Assembly: GCA_002269645.1 (NCBI GenBank)
Contig: NIVC01000092.1
Span: 124,001-188,000, forward strand
Source of the DNA: Macrostomum lignano
Taxonomy: Eukaryota
Direction of reading: 5' to 3'
Length of the DNA: 64,000 bases
Position 1 is the stretch's first letter, and the number at the start of each line of letters is the position of its first letter. Position numbers and translations under genes: made by a program. Positions 1 to 12,088 of this stretch are shown piece by piece. A model generated the notes under the pieces. It saw only the letters and a list, made by a program, of their open reading frames with translations. It was not told the DNA's origin and searched no databases.

Positions 1-66
1 CCAGATACCATTACTGCCCCCCCCACTTTTTACTGCCCCACTGCCCCCCCCCGTTCCTACGCCTAT
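1..66 (-). repeat. Possible terminus of a hAT-like MITE, truncated by the window edge
   Basis: Reverse complement reads CATAGGCGTAGGAAC followed by G-tracts. This resembles non-autonomous hAT-type ends, but no partner end is visible. Confidence 0.2.
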
Positions 67-167
67 GTTTTTGTTAACTGTTAACTGGCATTTCTAAGGC
101 TCCCGGAATATTATTATTTATTCTAAATGAGTCAGCAGTACAAAAGTATACATACGCTGCTGTAAAA

Positions 168-264
168 CTACAGCACAATACTATTGCAAAGTAGGGCGAC
201 AAGAGAATGGCCCACACAAACTAAGAGTCGCCTGAAGTATTCTACACTGATCATTGTGACACAT
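168..264 (-). CDS. Terminal exon of a putative small secreted/GPI-type cationic protein (hydrophobic tail)
   Basis: Acceptor ttttgtccaatag. The phase-2 junction fits the 1192 donor and gives G-CVTMISVEYFRRLLVCVGHSLVALLCNSIVL-stop. Confidence 0.45.
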
Positions 265-661
265 CTATTGGACAAAAATTATCTCCATACATACTTCTGA
301 AGAGTCAGAATCAATGTTTGAAAATCAGCCTCCAATTTTTTTATTTGAATCGTCCTGATGAACTGCTAATCTTTGTTTTGTAAAGGTTTTATTAATTCGC
401 TCAAATTTTGGATGTGTTGATAAAAAAACCTTATGTAGCATCTTTATTTGAGGAATAACATCGTGTTTAACTCGAGACTCGAGACTCGAGACATGTTTAA
501 GTACTTTTTAATTGGCGGTTCTTTAAAGTTAGAAAGGACCGGTGACGGAAGTACCGGAAGTTACTTTTTTTTAAAGTACGGGTACCGGAACAAGTGCCGG
601 AAGTTACTTTCCTTGGAACCGGAAGTTACTTAACCGGAACTTGAGTCTGTCCTCAACACTG

Positions 662-1022
662 TCAAAAGTTCCCTCGTGTCTGTCCCCGGTATCTACCTGT
701 GTCTGCCCCCAATATCTCCCCCATGTCTGTCCCCAGTATCTACCCGTGTCTGTCCCCGGTATCTACCTGTGTCTGTCCCCAATATCTCCCCCATGTCTGT
801 CCCCAGTATCTACCTGTGTTTGTCCTCAATATCTCCCCAGTGTCTGTCCCCGGTATCTATACATGTACCTACCTGTGTCTGTCCTCAATATCTCCCCTGT
901 GTCTGTCCCCGGTATCTACCTGTGTCTGCCCCCATCTCCCCCGTGTCTGTCCCCGGTATCTACCTGTGTCTGCCCCCAATATCTCTCCTGTGTCTGTCCC
1001 CGGTATCTACCTGTGTCTGTTA
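662..1022. repeat. Minisatellite of alternating ~23-25-bp monomers (GTGTCTGTCCCCGGTATCTACCT / GTGTCTGCCCCCAATATCTCCCC)
   Basis: Visible degenerate tandem copies. It lies in the predicted intron 265-1191. Confidence 0.9.
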
Positions 1023-1191
1023 CCTCGACAGTACTATGCTCTAGGGGACAAGTAATTTGCTTGTGTTGAATCCTTATACTTTGCAGGTTTGCACCAAAGC
1101 TCGATCTTTATCTCTCTGATTTCACGAGAGTATGTTTTCCCAAATCTAATACACCTTTTAAAAAGGATCTAAGAAGCTCGAAGTGGCTCAC

Positions 1192-1426
1192 CCCATTTTG
1201 GTTGCCGAAACTTTTACCCGCGAGCTTTGTCGATAAACCAAGGGATAGACGCCCGACCGCATGGAATATCGGCGATAGTAACGTCTATATGTCCGGGAGG
1301 ATGAGCTGGGCCTGTACCTGAGGCTTCTGTACCTGTAGTGTCTGTATGATGACGAGTACTTGTAGCCCCTTGAACGAAAGCCACCAAATCTGCCTCCAAA
1401 GCCGCCTCGCCTTGCATCAGCTGGAT
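1192..1426 (-). CDS. Internal exon encoding an RGG/Arg-Tyr-Ser-rich cationic segment
   Basis: Acceptor tttgcag (1427-1433) and donor GTGAG (1191-1187). Open frame PADARRGGFGGRFGGFRSRGYKYSSSYRHYRYRSLRYRP...; GC-richer than its flanks. Confidence 0.65.
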
Positions 1427-1467
1427 CTGCAAATTTATAGTTTTTTATTACATTTTTCAATTCTCAC

Positions 1468-1624
1468 GACAAACAATAGGCAGGTTTATTGATATTATGG
1501 CCACAAACTCGGCCTAATTCATAGACATCTATTAGGTTTTTCTAAATACTGGTAGCCTGTTAGACGGCGACGATCTTTGCTGCGATCTTTCTTTCGTAGA
1601 GCTCACGTACGGGTATGCATACAT
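1468..1624 (-). CDS. Candidate 5' exons (1607-1624 and 1468-1513) giving a signal-peptide-like N-terminus
   Basis: A 41-nt GTGAG..CAG intron (1427-1467) and a 93-nt GTGAG..TAG intron with a CTAAT branch-like motif. In frame they give MYAYPY-AEFVAIISINLPIVC-H. Confidence 0.3.
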
Positions 1625-2987
1625 AGCAATTTTTATGGTATAGACTGACTGGCAGATTACTTTTGTCTGAAATTATATCCGACTATCCAATATCTGTACC
1701 AATAAGAGAGTTCATACATATGTATGCTTAACTTAGAATACACACAGGAACTATACACGAAAATAAATATACGGATGGCTGTTGGATCTTTAACGTAAAT
1801 TTTACTTCAAATAGCTATTGACATTTTGCATAAAATACCGGCCGATCTCAGCCTAGAAACAGCAATTGAGATCTCTAAGAAAACCAAATGTCAGATATGC
1901 GTGACCATCAGGCTTAGCTTAGCTGCAAAAGAAAAAGTATTACCACTAGGAATTGGCGAAACGTTATTGAATAAACGGATAAAGCGTTTTTGTTTGTTTG
2001 CTACTCACACGAAAATATGATGGTTAAGAAGACTGCAGCAATGCAAAATACGGCTGCTTTCATTGCAACAGTAAAGCACTGGAAGTTGAACTAAAAAGTA
2101 TATATCGTACTGATACGTCTGTATGGCTATAGCACTCCTGATTTCGAAACCGAAACTGATGCTTGCAATGCAGGTCAGCTCAGTTTATAATTAATTGAAA
2201 TAAATTTGAGTTAGTTACAAATTTGTAAAGCAAAAAAAGTGCATGAGAATTTTATCTAAAATGTGTGATTTAAACGAGTTTTTAGTTAAAATAGTTGGCC
2301 TAAGTTTGAACTAAAATATTTATTTTAACCTTTTTTGTTATAATGGTTTTTTTGTCTTATAAAATCTCAAAGCCGTCTCATTCAAAATTCACATGCAGCA
2401 GCTTACTGTATTACTGTACTACTAGTAATAACTAGGCCTAAACTTCTACACTTTGGCATAGGCCTAAAGGTGACTCACTTAAAGACTAGTAGACTGAAAG
2501 GACGCAATACTTGCGAATCGTGAAAAATAGCTGAAGGCGTATGCGTACTATTACAATGTCTATACCTCCGAATCGATTGCAGTAGGTTAGGCCTAGGCCT
2601 ACTTTTTCGTTAAATTGTTTAAATTTTTGTCTCCTGGGCCTAGGCTTACCAAGCTGTCAAGAAAGTCGTTTATTTAGTTTTCAGCTAGACTAGATGTAAG
2701 TGCAAAAAATCCACACAATGGAGCCACCAAATATTTTGGTGCGTTTGGTATTCTATTCAGGTATTCAAGTTTAGGCAGCAATATAGGCCTACTATCTATA
2801 CTATAGACTATTGTAGCCAAATGGCAGTTGCAGTTTACAGATGCAACTAAACCCTAATAGAAATCAAGTTTATTAGACTTAGAGTAGTTAGTTAGGGAAC
2901 TTAGGTCAAGGTTTTGCCTAGTTAGAAATCAAATATAGGCCTAGATTAAGTAATGGCCTCTTATAATTTTAATTTAGGCTCCTAGCA

Positions 2988-3180
2988 GGGGGCCATAGGC
3001 CTAGCCTAGTGGTCTAGTGCAGGCTCTGTGCTAGCGACCCAGGCTGGATTCCAAGTGCAGTCACATTAATTTGGGGCTGAATTTGAATCTTGGCTTGGCT
3101 TTGCTCATGCAATTAACAGCCTTGACTTTAGGGCCAAGGGCCAACCCCCCCCCCCAAGGCTGCAGGCACAATAAAGTGTA
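2988..3180 (+). mobile_element. Degenerate tRNA-derived SINE-like remnant
   Basis: A-box-like GCCTAGTGG, B-box-like GGCTGGATTCC, and an A-rich tail. Heavily decayed. Confidence 0.3.
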
Positions 3181-4544
3181 CATGCCTAACAATAAAATAA
3201 AGTTAGGGCCATTGTATATTCTTGTGTGAGTGAGTGTATGCCTGCATATATATCTACATGTTTATATGCCTACTTAAGGGAGTCAGTAGAATGGGCAATA
3301 GGGCCTAATGCCTCTTGCCAGTTGTGTGTATATATTGCTTAAAGTAGGCCTATATCAATATGCACACAACCCCCTCCCCTGCCTCTAGCTAATAAAGGAA
3401 TTAGGCTCCTAGCTGATAAAAATAAATAATGCAAATGCAAAGCTTGTTCCCATGGTTCTTCTATGCTAGGCCTAGGCCATGCCAATAATGATAATATTAT
3501 CTACATGCCACACAGTGCTATACCAATAATGTTCAGCTTATTTGCATAGCAGATATACAATATGCCATTTATTAGTTTTCTATCTTTCTAGTTTAAATAG
3601 GCCCATTGCTTTTTGCCTTTTATTCTATTTACTTGCATTGCAAAACTATTCATTTTCAAGAAAACTTTGTTTATGCCTTATATTCTTTATTCAAATTTGC
3701 CTTCTTTAATTCTATATGCATATATTGGTAAAGTATCAATCATAAAACCCTTATTTAAGTCTTTATTAAATACTAACAAATTACAATAAATTCCTTAATA
3801 ATTATATATATTGATTAAAATTTGTTAGAGGCCTTACTAAGGCCAAACCCTATTGCAGCACCTATGACTGCTATTGAGTATTGTTTTTGGACATTTTTAG
3901 TGCATTACTAAGCCTATGTCTAGAGTATGGATATCAGCTACCATACTTGCATTGCTAGCAGCCAATCCATGCTAGTGCAATAGTGCTCTATGACTACTTC
4001 TAGCCCTATTTATAAGTATACTTGCATTATTGCTTTATAAGGTATCAATCTGCACTGCATTATAGCCATTAGCTACAATAGAGGCCAAAACTAAAAACTA
4101 GTAAAAAATGAGTACTGTAGATTCAATAGCTCTAAGATCAATAATGAAAAATGCAATGAATATATTATCTATACTTATAAATACAAGCCTAAATTCAATT
4201 AGTTGATATATCAACTAGAGCTTTTGAATAATATAGGCCTATGCTATGTAGACTAAGGCTTATACTTATAGGTTACCACTTTTTCTTTAGCAACATTTAT
4301 GCATAATGATAAAATTAATAATTTTGTAATGTTTATTATGTTTGCTTCTATAAATTTTATAAATAAGTATTAAATGTATAACTTTAAACAAATTGAAAAA
4401 AAAGACAAAAATATATAGGGCTGTCAAACAAGACTAATTTTCAAATGTTAGAATAGTTCCTATACTCGTATATGGCAAGCTAAATAAATATATATTAGGA
4501 CTAGGTATATAAAAAGCCTTAGTCTTAGCTATCAGGTCCATCAA

Positions 4545-5325
4545 TAATTGGCTATTAGCTCCATCAATAGTGAACTGTCAGGTTCATCAATAGTGGGCTG
4601 TCAGGTCCATCAATATGGGCTGTCAGGTCCATCAATAGGGACTGTCATATTCATCAGTGGGGGCTGTCAGGCCCATCAATAGTGGGCTGTCAGGCCCATC
4701 AATAGTGGGCTGTCAGGCCCATCAATAGTGGGCTGTCAGGCCCATCAATAGTGGGCTCTCAGGCTCATCAATAGTGAGCTATCAGGTCCATCAATAGTGG
4801 GCTGTTAGGTCCATCAATAGCAGGCTGTCAGGTCCATCAATAGGGGCTGTCAGGTCCATCAATAGCAGGCTGTCAGGTCCATCAATAGCAGGCTGTCAGG
4901 TCCATCAATGGGGGGCTGTCAGGTCCATCAATAGCAGGCTGTCAGGTCCATCAATAGCAGGCTGTCAGGTCCATCAATAGCAGGCTGTCAGGTCCATCAA
5001 TAGCAGGCTGTCAGGTCCATTAAAAGCAGGCTGTCAGGTCCATCAATGGGGGGCTGTCAGGTCCATCAATAGCAGGCTGTCAGGTCCATCAATGGGGGGC
5101 TGTCAGGTCCATCAATAGCAGGCTGTCAGGTCCATTAATAGCAGGCTGTCAGGTCCATCAATAGCAGGCTGTCAGGTCCATCAATAGCAGGCTGTCAGGT
5201 CCATCAATAGCAGGCTGTCAGGTCCATCAATAGCAGGCTGTCAGGTCCATCAATAGCAGGCTGTCAGGTCCATCAATGGGGGGCTGTCAGGTTCATCAAT
5301 AGTAGGCTGTCAGGTCCATCAATAC
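4545..5325. repeat. 23-bp minisatellite (CAGGTCCATCAATAGCAGGCTGT) just upstream of CDK10
   Basis: About 30 tandem copies ending ~110 bp before the ATG. Confidence 0.95.
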
Positions 5326-5438
5326 GGAGCTACCGGTAGCCAGTTGAATTTGCATACTTTGAGTAGATAAAGATAAAGTAAGATCCAGTTACATCGTATT
5401 GGTAAAACCAACTGCAGCAGCAATAAAATAATAACGTG

Positions 5439-5909
5439 ATGGAGCCCTCAACTGGAGTGGACGACCCCACCGACTCAGACCGGTACGCCTACCTGCGCAT
5501 ATCCGACCTGACCCAATCGGAGATCCCGGCTGCCGCCGCCCGCCAATCCGCCGCCCATTGTCGTCCGGTGGCCGACTTTCAAAAACTCGAACGAATCGGC
5601 GAGGGCACCTACGGCGTGGTGTACAGGGCGCGCGATTTGACCAGCGAGCAGGTGGTGGCGCTGAAGCGGGTCCGGATGAGTCAGCAGGACGGCAGCCGGC
5701 ACGGCTTGCCAATGTCTTCGCTGCGGGAGATCAGCCTGCTGCTGCGCTGCCGGCACCAGAATATTGTACAGCTGCGCGAGGTGGCTGTTGGGCGAGGCCT
5801 AGCAAATATCTTCCTAGTGATGGAGTACTGCGAACAGGATTTGGCCAGCCTTATCGATAATATGCCTACGCCATTTACTGAGGCTCAGGTCAAGTGCATT
5901 ATGCTGCAG
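5439..5909 (+). CDS. CDK10: Cyclin-dependent kinase 10, exon 1
   Basis: GEGTYG loop, VALK lysine, PMSSLRE (PISSLRE-type) helix and [23 protein letters not shown]; phase-0 donor CAG|GTGGGT. Confidence 0.93.
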
Positions 5910-6049
5910 GTGGGTTTACTAATTATGTTTTATTATGGAGTTCTTTCTATCATTGTTAATTTTTTCATCTTAAAAAATCGTTGAGATTAGAAAAGTGTTT
6001 TGGAAATAATCTAGATTTAGATTTCAAGAAAATCTGAACTGGGATCTAG

Positions 6050-6722
6050 AGATCGGGTATGAGATCTAGAGACAATCAGGATTGGGATCTATAGATCGTC
6101 AGGAGTGGGATAAGTATTGAGATCAGGATTAAGACCCAGAGATAATCAAAATTGTGATCTTGAGATCATCAGGATTGGGATCTAGAGATCATCGGTATTG
6201 AGATCTAGAGATCATCGGTATTGAGATCTAGAGATCATCGGTATTGAGACCTAGATATTATCAGAATTGAGATCTAGAGATTATCGGTATTGAGATCTAG
6301 AGATCATCAGGATTGGGATCTACATCTAGAGATCATCAGGATTGAGATCTAGAGATCATCAGGATTGGGATCTAGAGATCATCAGGATTGGGATCTAGAG
6401 ATCATCAGGATTGGGATCTAGAGATCATCAGGATTGGGATCTAGAGATCATCAGGATTGGGATCTAGAGATCATCAGGATTGCAATCTAGAGATCATCAG
6501 GATTGGGATCTAGAGATCATCAGGATTGCAATCTAGAGATCATCAGGATTGGGATCTAGAGATCATCAGGATTGCAATCTAGAGATCATCAGGATTGAGA
6601 TCTAGAGATCAGGATTGGGGTCTAGAGATCATCAGGATTGTGATCTAGAGATCATCAGGATTGGGATCTAGAGATCATCAGGATTGCAATCTAGAGATCA
6701 TCAGGATTGTGATCTAGAGATC
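6050..6722. repeat. 23-bp minisatellite (GATCTAGAGATCATCAGGATTGG) in CDK10 intron 1
   Basis: Tandem copies fill most of the intron. Confidence 0.95.
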
Positions 6723-6760
6723 AGTAAGATCTTGGACTATTTGATATTACTCCGACGTAG

Positions 6761-7066
6761 GTATTCGACGGCCTTGGCTACCTGCACGACAATTACATAA
6801 TTCACCGGGACATCAAAGTGTCCAACCTGCTTCTAACTGACGAGGGTGTGCTCAAAATAGCCGATTTCGGTTTAGCCCGCACCTTCCAGCTGCCGTTGAA
6901 AGCCGCTTCTACGCCTGTAGTAGTGACGCTGTGGTATCGAGCCATCGAACTGCTGCTCGGTGACGACAGGTACACCACGGCCATTGATATGTGGTCTGCT
7001 GGCTGCGTCATGGCCGAGCTGCTATTGAACAAACCCCTGCTGCCCGGACAGTCGGAGATACAACAG
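6761..7066 (+). CDS. CDK10: CDK10 exon 2
   Basis: Acceptor cgtag. [28 protein letters not shown] and IDMWSAGC motifs; donor CAG|GTCAGT. Confidence 0.93.
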
Positions 7067-7159
7067 GTCAGTAGGCCGGCCTAGTGCTGCGTGATGCTTC
7101 GATGGCCTTTTGTCAACCCCTGACTCGCTCACTCGGCTGTAGTACTTTTGGCCTTGAGA

Positions 7160-7735
7160 ATGTCTATGATCCTTTATGACCCCTAACAAAGTCTATGGCC
7201 TGTCCTGACCCCTGAGAAGAGAATGTCTATGGTCTTTCCTGACCCCTGAGAATGTCAATGGTCTTTCCTGACTCCTGATATTGTCTATGGCCTTTCCTGA
7301 CCCCTGATATTGTCTATGGCCTTTCCTGACCCCTGATATTGTCTATGGCCTTTCCTGACCCCTGATATTGTCTATGGCCTTTCCTGACCCCTGATATTGT
7401 CTATGGCCTTTCCTGACCCCTGATATTGTCTATGGCCTTTCCTGACCCCTGATATTGTCTATGGCCTTTCCTGACCCCTGATATTTTCTATGGCCTTTCC
7501 TGACCCCTGATATTGTCTATGGCCTTTCCTGACCCCAGATATTGTCTATGGCCTTTCCTGACCCCTGATATTGTCTATGGCCTTTCCTGACCCCTGATAT
7601 TGTCTATGGCCTTTCCTGACCCCTGATATTATCTATGGCCTTTCATGACCCCTGATATTGTCTATGGCCTTTCCTGACCCCAGATATTGTCTATGGCCTT
7701 TCCTGACCCCTGAGAATGACTATGGTCCTTCCTAA
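7160..7735. repeat. 29-bp minisatellite (CTATGGCCTTTCCTGACCCCTGATATTGT) in CDK10 intron 2
   Basis: Near-identical tandem copies. Confidence 0.95.
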
Positions 7736-7851
7736 CCCCCGGATGGTACTTCACGACCCTGACTGAAATCTGTCAAGCTGTCTGTGATCCTTGACCCATG
7801 AATGTCTGTGGTGCAATCCCAGCTGCACTAATTTCACCCGACACCCGCCAG

Positions 7852-8172
7852 GTGAACCTGATCATCGAGCTACTGGGCACGCCGCACGAAGCAATTTGGC
7901 CAGGCGTTAACCAACTGCCCGCCATGCGCCAGTTCTCCCTACGCCAGCAGCCGTACAACAATCTGCGCCAGAAATTGCCGATATTAACTGAGCGCGGCCT
8001 CAGCCTGATGCAGCACCTGTTCATGTACGACCCGGCGCAGAGGGCCACAGCAACCGAGGCTCAGAATCACAGCTACTTCAAAGAGTCTCCTTATCCCTGC
8101 CAGCCGGCTTTGATGCCGTCGTTTCCGCAGCATCGGCTTAAACGGCGAAAAATGCAGGCGCCAAGAGATTAA
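7852..8172 (+). CDS. CDK10: CDK10 exon 3 (full CDS ~365 aa)
   Basis: Acceptor cgccag. LLGTP, QPYNNL, LFMYDP and LMPSFPQHR match the CDK10 C-lobe; stop at 8170-8172. Confidence 0.92.
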   Translation: MNLIIELLGTPHEAIWPGVNQLPAMRQFSLRQQPYNNLRQKLPILTERGLSLMQHLFMYDPAQRATATEAQNHSYFKESPYPCQPALMPSFPQHRLKRRKMQAPRD

Positions 8173-8329
8173 AAATTGAGGTTCGATCTAATGGTGTATG
8201 TCGCTTCTGTGTTTGGCCTTGTCGTTTTGTTGCTTGAGTATAGCAAACAATTGCTTCTTTTTCAAGGAAGCTCCCTCCTGGAGTATTATCTGACAATATT
8301 AAAATCTAAAAGAGTTTTTTATAGTCCAC

Positions 8330-8765
8330 TAAAGAAGCTGAAGGGTCCCCTGAAAAGTCCCTGAATGCCCCTCTGAAGAGGCTGAGGAGTCCTCTGAAGA
8401 AGCTGAAGGGCCCCCTGAAAAGCCTGAAGTCCCCCCTGAAGAGCCTGAAAGCCCCCCTGAAGAGCATGAAAGCCCCCCTGAAGAGCATGAAGGTCTCCCT
8501 GAAAAGCCTGAAGGTTCCCTGAAGAGCCTGAAGGGCCCCCTGAAAAGCCTGAAGGTGCCCCTGAAGAGCATGAAGGTCTCCCTGAAAAGCCTGAAGGTTC
8601 TCTGAAGAGCCTGAAGGTTCTCTGAAGAGCCTGAAGGGCCCCCTGAAAAGCCTGAAGGTGCCCCTGAAGAGGCTGAAGGGTCCTCTGAGGAAGCTAAAGG
8701 GTCCCCCTGAAGAGGCTGAAGAGTCCTTTGAGGAATCTGAAGGGTCCTTCTGAAAAAGCGAAGGC
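8330..8765. repeat. Degenerate ~21-bp minisatellite (GCCCCCCTGAAGAGCATGAAA)
   Basis: Tandem CTGAA-containing units downstream of CDK10. Confidence 0.85.
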
Positions 8766-9404
8766 TCATCTGTAGAAGATGGAATGTTTTCTAAAGGGTC
8801 TAAGTGTCTGAGGAAAACTCTAAATGATCCTTAAGGAAACTAAATACTCCCAACAGTAATTTTTTAAATCCTTTGGTTTCATGAAGGATCCGCAAAGATC
8901 CCTGAAGTATCTGAACAAAGTGTCTCTGAACAGGTGCTCGTATATAAGCATCAGCTAAGCTAACACTGCTAAGCTTATGCACTGTCTTGCTCATATATGT
9001 AATATTACAATAATTAGCATTTTTGTCTTTCTAGTCCAAACTCAATAATCTATGATTGATTAACTAATAATCAATATTGTTAAAATCAGTGTTTATTAAA
9101 TGCCAATTCTGCCCTTTGCTTTTCGTTTTATCACTGTTCAAAATGTACTGAAATTGATGTTTTATTGATTAAAATTTCAATGCAAATTCTCTGTATTAGC
9201 TGTTTAATAATTATCCAATATTTTCTTTTTGCCGTGCCGTGTCCGTATAGTGAAATCCAGCTTCAGTACAGATAGAAATATTGATAAAAAATCACTATAA
9301 AACATGTGACATTCTCGTTTACAAGCATTTTTGTTGCTTTTTTCATTTTTTGTTCATTGTTTTAAAAAAAATCTGGAAAATTTGTTAACGACCTACTAGA
9401 ACCC

Positions 9405-10898
9405 TAGCAACTGTAAATTAGGAGATATGGATCTAGTGAAAGTAATGAAGGACCCTGGCAACTAAATATTGGGAGATATGGATCTAGGGAAAGTGATGAA
9501 GGACCCTGGCAACTAAATGTTTGAAGGTATGGATCTAGTGAAAGTGATGAAGGACCCCGGCAGCTAAATATTGGGAGATATGGATCTAGGGAAAGTGATG
9601 AAGGACCCTAGCAACCAAATATTGGGAACCAAATGTTGAGGGATATGGATCTAGGGAAAGTGATGAAGGACCCTAGAAACTAAATATTGGGAGATATGGA
9701 TCTAGTGACAGTGATGAAGGACCCTAGCAACCAAATGTTGGGAGATATGGATCCAGTGACAGTGATGAAGGACCCTAGCAACCAAATGTTGGGAGATATG
9801 GATCTAGGGAAAGTGATGAAGGACCCTAGCAACCAAATGTTGGGGGATATGGATCTAGGGAAAGGGATGAAAGACCCTAGCAACCAAATGTTGGGAGATA
9901 TGGATCTATTAAAAGTGATGAAGGACCCTAGCAACCAAATGTTGGGAGATATGGATCTAGGGAAAGTAATGAAGGACCCAAGCAACCAAATATTGGGAGA
10001 TTTGGATCTAGGGAAAGTGATGAAGGACCCTAGCAACCAAATATTGGGAGATATGGATATAGGGAAAGTGATGAAGGACCCTAGCAACCAAATGTTGGGA
10101 GATATGGATCTAGGGAAAGTGATGAAGGACCCTAGCAACCAAATGTTGGGGGATATGGATCTATGGAAAGGGATGAAGGACCCTAGCAACCAAATGTTGG
10201 GAGATATGGATCTAGTGAAAGTAATGAAGGACCCAAGCAACCAAATATTGGGAGATTTGGATCTAGTGAAAGTAATGAAGGAACCAAGCAACCAAATGTT
10301 GGGAGATATGGATCTAGTGAAAGTAATGAAGGACCCAAGCAACCAAATATTGGGAGATTTGGATCTAGTGAAAGTAATGAAGGACCCTAGCAACCAAATA
10401 TTGGTGAATATGGCCAAATATGGATCTAGTGAAAGTAATGAAGGACCCCGGCAGCTAAATGTTGGGAGATATGGATCTAGTGAAAGTAATGAAGGACCCA
10501 AGCAACCAAATATTGGGAGATTTGGATCTAGTGAAAGTAATGAAGGACCCTAGCAACCAAATATTGGTGAATATGGCCAAATATGGATCTAGTGAAAGTA
10601 ATGAAGGACCCCGGCAGCTAAATGTTGGGAGATATGGATCTAGTGAAAGTAATGAAGGACCCAAGCAACCAAATATTGGGAGATTTGGATCTAGTGAAAG
10701 TAATGAAGGACCCTAGCAACCAAATATTGGTGAATATGGCCAAATATGGATCTAGTGAAAGTAATGAAGGACCCCGGCAGCTAAATATTGGGAGATATGG
10801 ATCTAGGGAAAGTGATGAAGGACCCTAGCAACCAAATGTTGGGGGATATGGATCTAGGGAAAGGGATGAAAGACCCTAGCAACCAAATGTTGGGAGAC
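9405..10898. repeat. 51-bp minisatellite with a 163-bp higher-order repeat in its right part
   Basis: Unit GATATGGATCTAGGGAAAGTGATGAAGGACCCTAGCAACCAAATGTTGGGA. A longer variant recurs near 10400, 10563 and 10726. Confidence 0.95.
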
Positions 10899-10975
10899 GA
10901 AATTTGTAACGAAAACATGGCATAGACATTTGCTATTTAAAACGACACAAAAAATTGCGGTGCTTGCATTTCTTC

Positions 10976-11311
10976 ATGTCTACCAATCGAGCCTCAAGTT
11001 CAACGGCAGCCGAAGCCGCAGCGGCACCGCAAGCCACTGTGACTGGCAGCACAGGGCTGAAGCTGACTGTGCTCCAATGGACCGGAGTGGCCACCTGGCA
11101 GTGGCTAGCCAACGATGACACCTGCGGCATCTGTCGGAACGCATTCGATGGCGTTTGCTCCGAGTGCAAGTTCCCCGGCGACGACTGTCCACTGGTTTGG
11201 GGCCGGTGCTCGCACTGCTTTCACATTCACTGCATTATGAAGTGGCTGAATTCGCAGCCGAGCAAACAGCAGTGCCCCATGTGCCGGCAGGATTGGAAAT
11301 TTAAAGAGTAA
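10976..11311 (+). CDS. ANAPC11: Anaphase-promoting complex subunit 11 (RING-H2), intronless CDS
   Basis: WTGVATWQW..NDDTCGICRNAFDGVCSECKFPGDDCPLVWGRCSHCFHIHCIMKWL..QCPMCRQDWKFKE is the APC11 signature; first in-frame ATG at 10976. Confidence 0.95.
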   Translation: MSTNRASSSTAAEAAAAPQATVTGSTGLKLTVLQWTGVATWQWLANDDTCGICRNAFDGVCSECKFPGDDCPLVWGRCSHCFHIHCIMKWLNSQPSKQQCPMCRQDWKFKE

Positions 11312-11767
11312 GCCAGTAACTACTGTTTCCCAGCGAAAGAATTTTAGGCGCTTTTCATTTCTTGCGGCTGACGGCTAATTTTAATAAATAAATAAACTGT
11401 CATTATAAGCTCGTACTACACGATCTGCGCTTCTTGAATTCTTAAAGTCACAGTTTATGTAATTAATCAAGCAGGCATTAAATGTCTGCTATTAATAAAA
11501 TGTAACATACCAGTGTATTTTCGTAGAATCGCTTTATTATTTGTCTGAGCAAAAACTCAACTTCAGTCCTACATTATTTGATTTGAGTGCATATGATTTG
11601 AGTGCATACCCCTCTTTTGAGTGAGACCCCTAGCCTAAATATTGATTTTCACGACTTTCTTAGAAATCAACGTTACATATATAACAACACAAAAATACAC
11701 AATAACGTTATATTTAACAGGACGTACATGTACATGTAATACTCAAAGATAACACAGAATATTCGAT

Positions 11768-12088
11768 GCAAAGATCGTGTAAACTTTTTAGGAGGTCGAT
11801 TCCCTGGAAAAAATACACTGCGGAGATGGGAAAAATCATGTTTTAATCACAAAATCAATGATTTCAGACTGCCATTGATATGGGGCAGTATATAGCAGTA
11901 TGAATTAATATATAGTTGCGTAGTACTGAAAGTTGAATTTTCATGTTTGTTTTTTTATTTCATAAGCCCACTGTTGAAATTTATACTCAATTTTCCTTCT
12001 TAAATTGAATCAAGTATATTTGTCATACAATGTTTTTGCATGCAAATCGAGTTTAACCGCGCCCTCCTAAAAATTTACACGAATCTGC
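11768..12088. mobile_element. ~320-bp MITE-like element
   Basis: Imperfect terminal inverted repeats (TCGTGTAAA..TTTTTAGGAGG). The TSD is unclear. Confidence 0.45.

Noticed and set aside
641-1069. Cys/Pro-rich ORFs in all three plus frames
   Set aside because: Translations of the minisatellite.
9680-10828. Long 17-aa-repeat ORFs on both strands
   Set aside because: By-product of a 51-bp (3n) satellite unit: open on both strands, with no unique termini or splice support.
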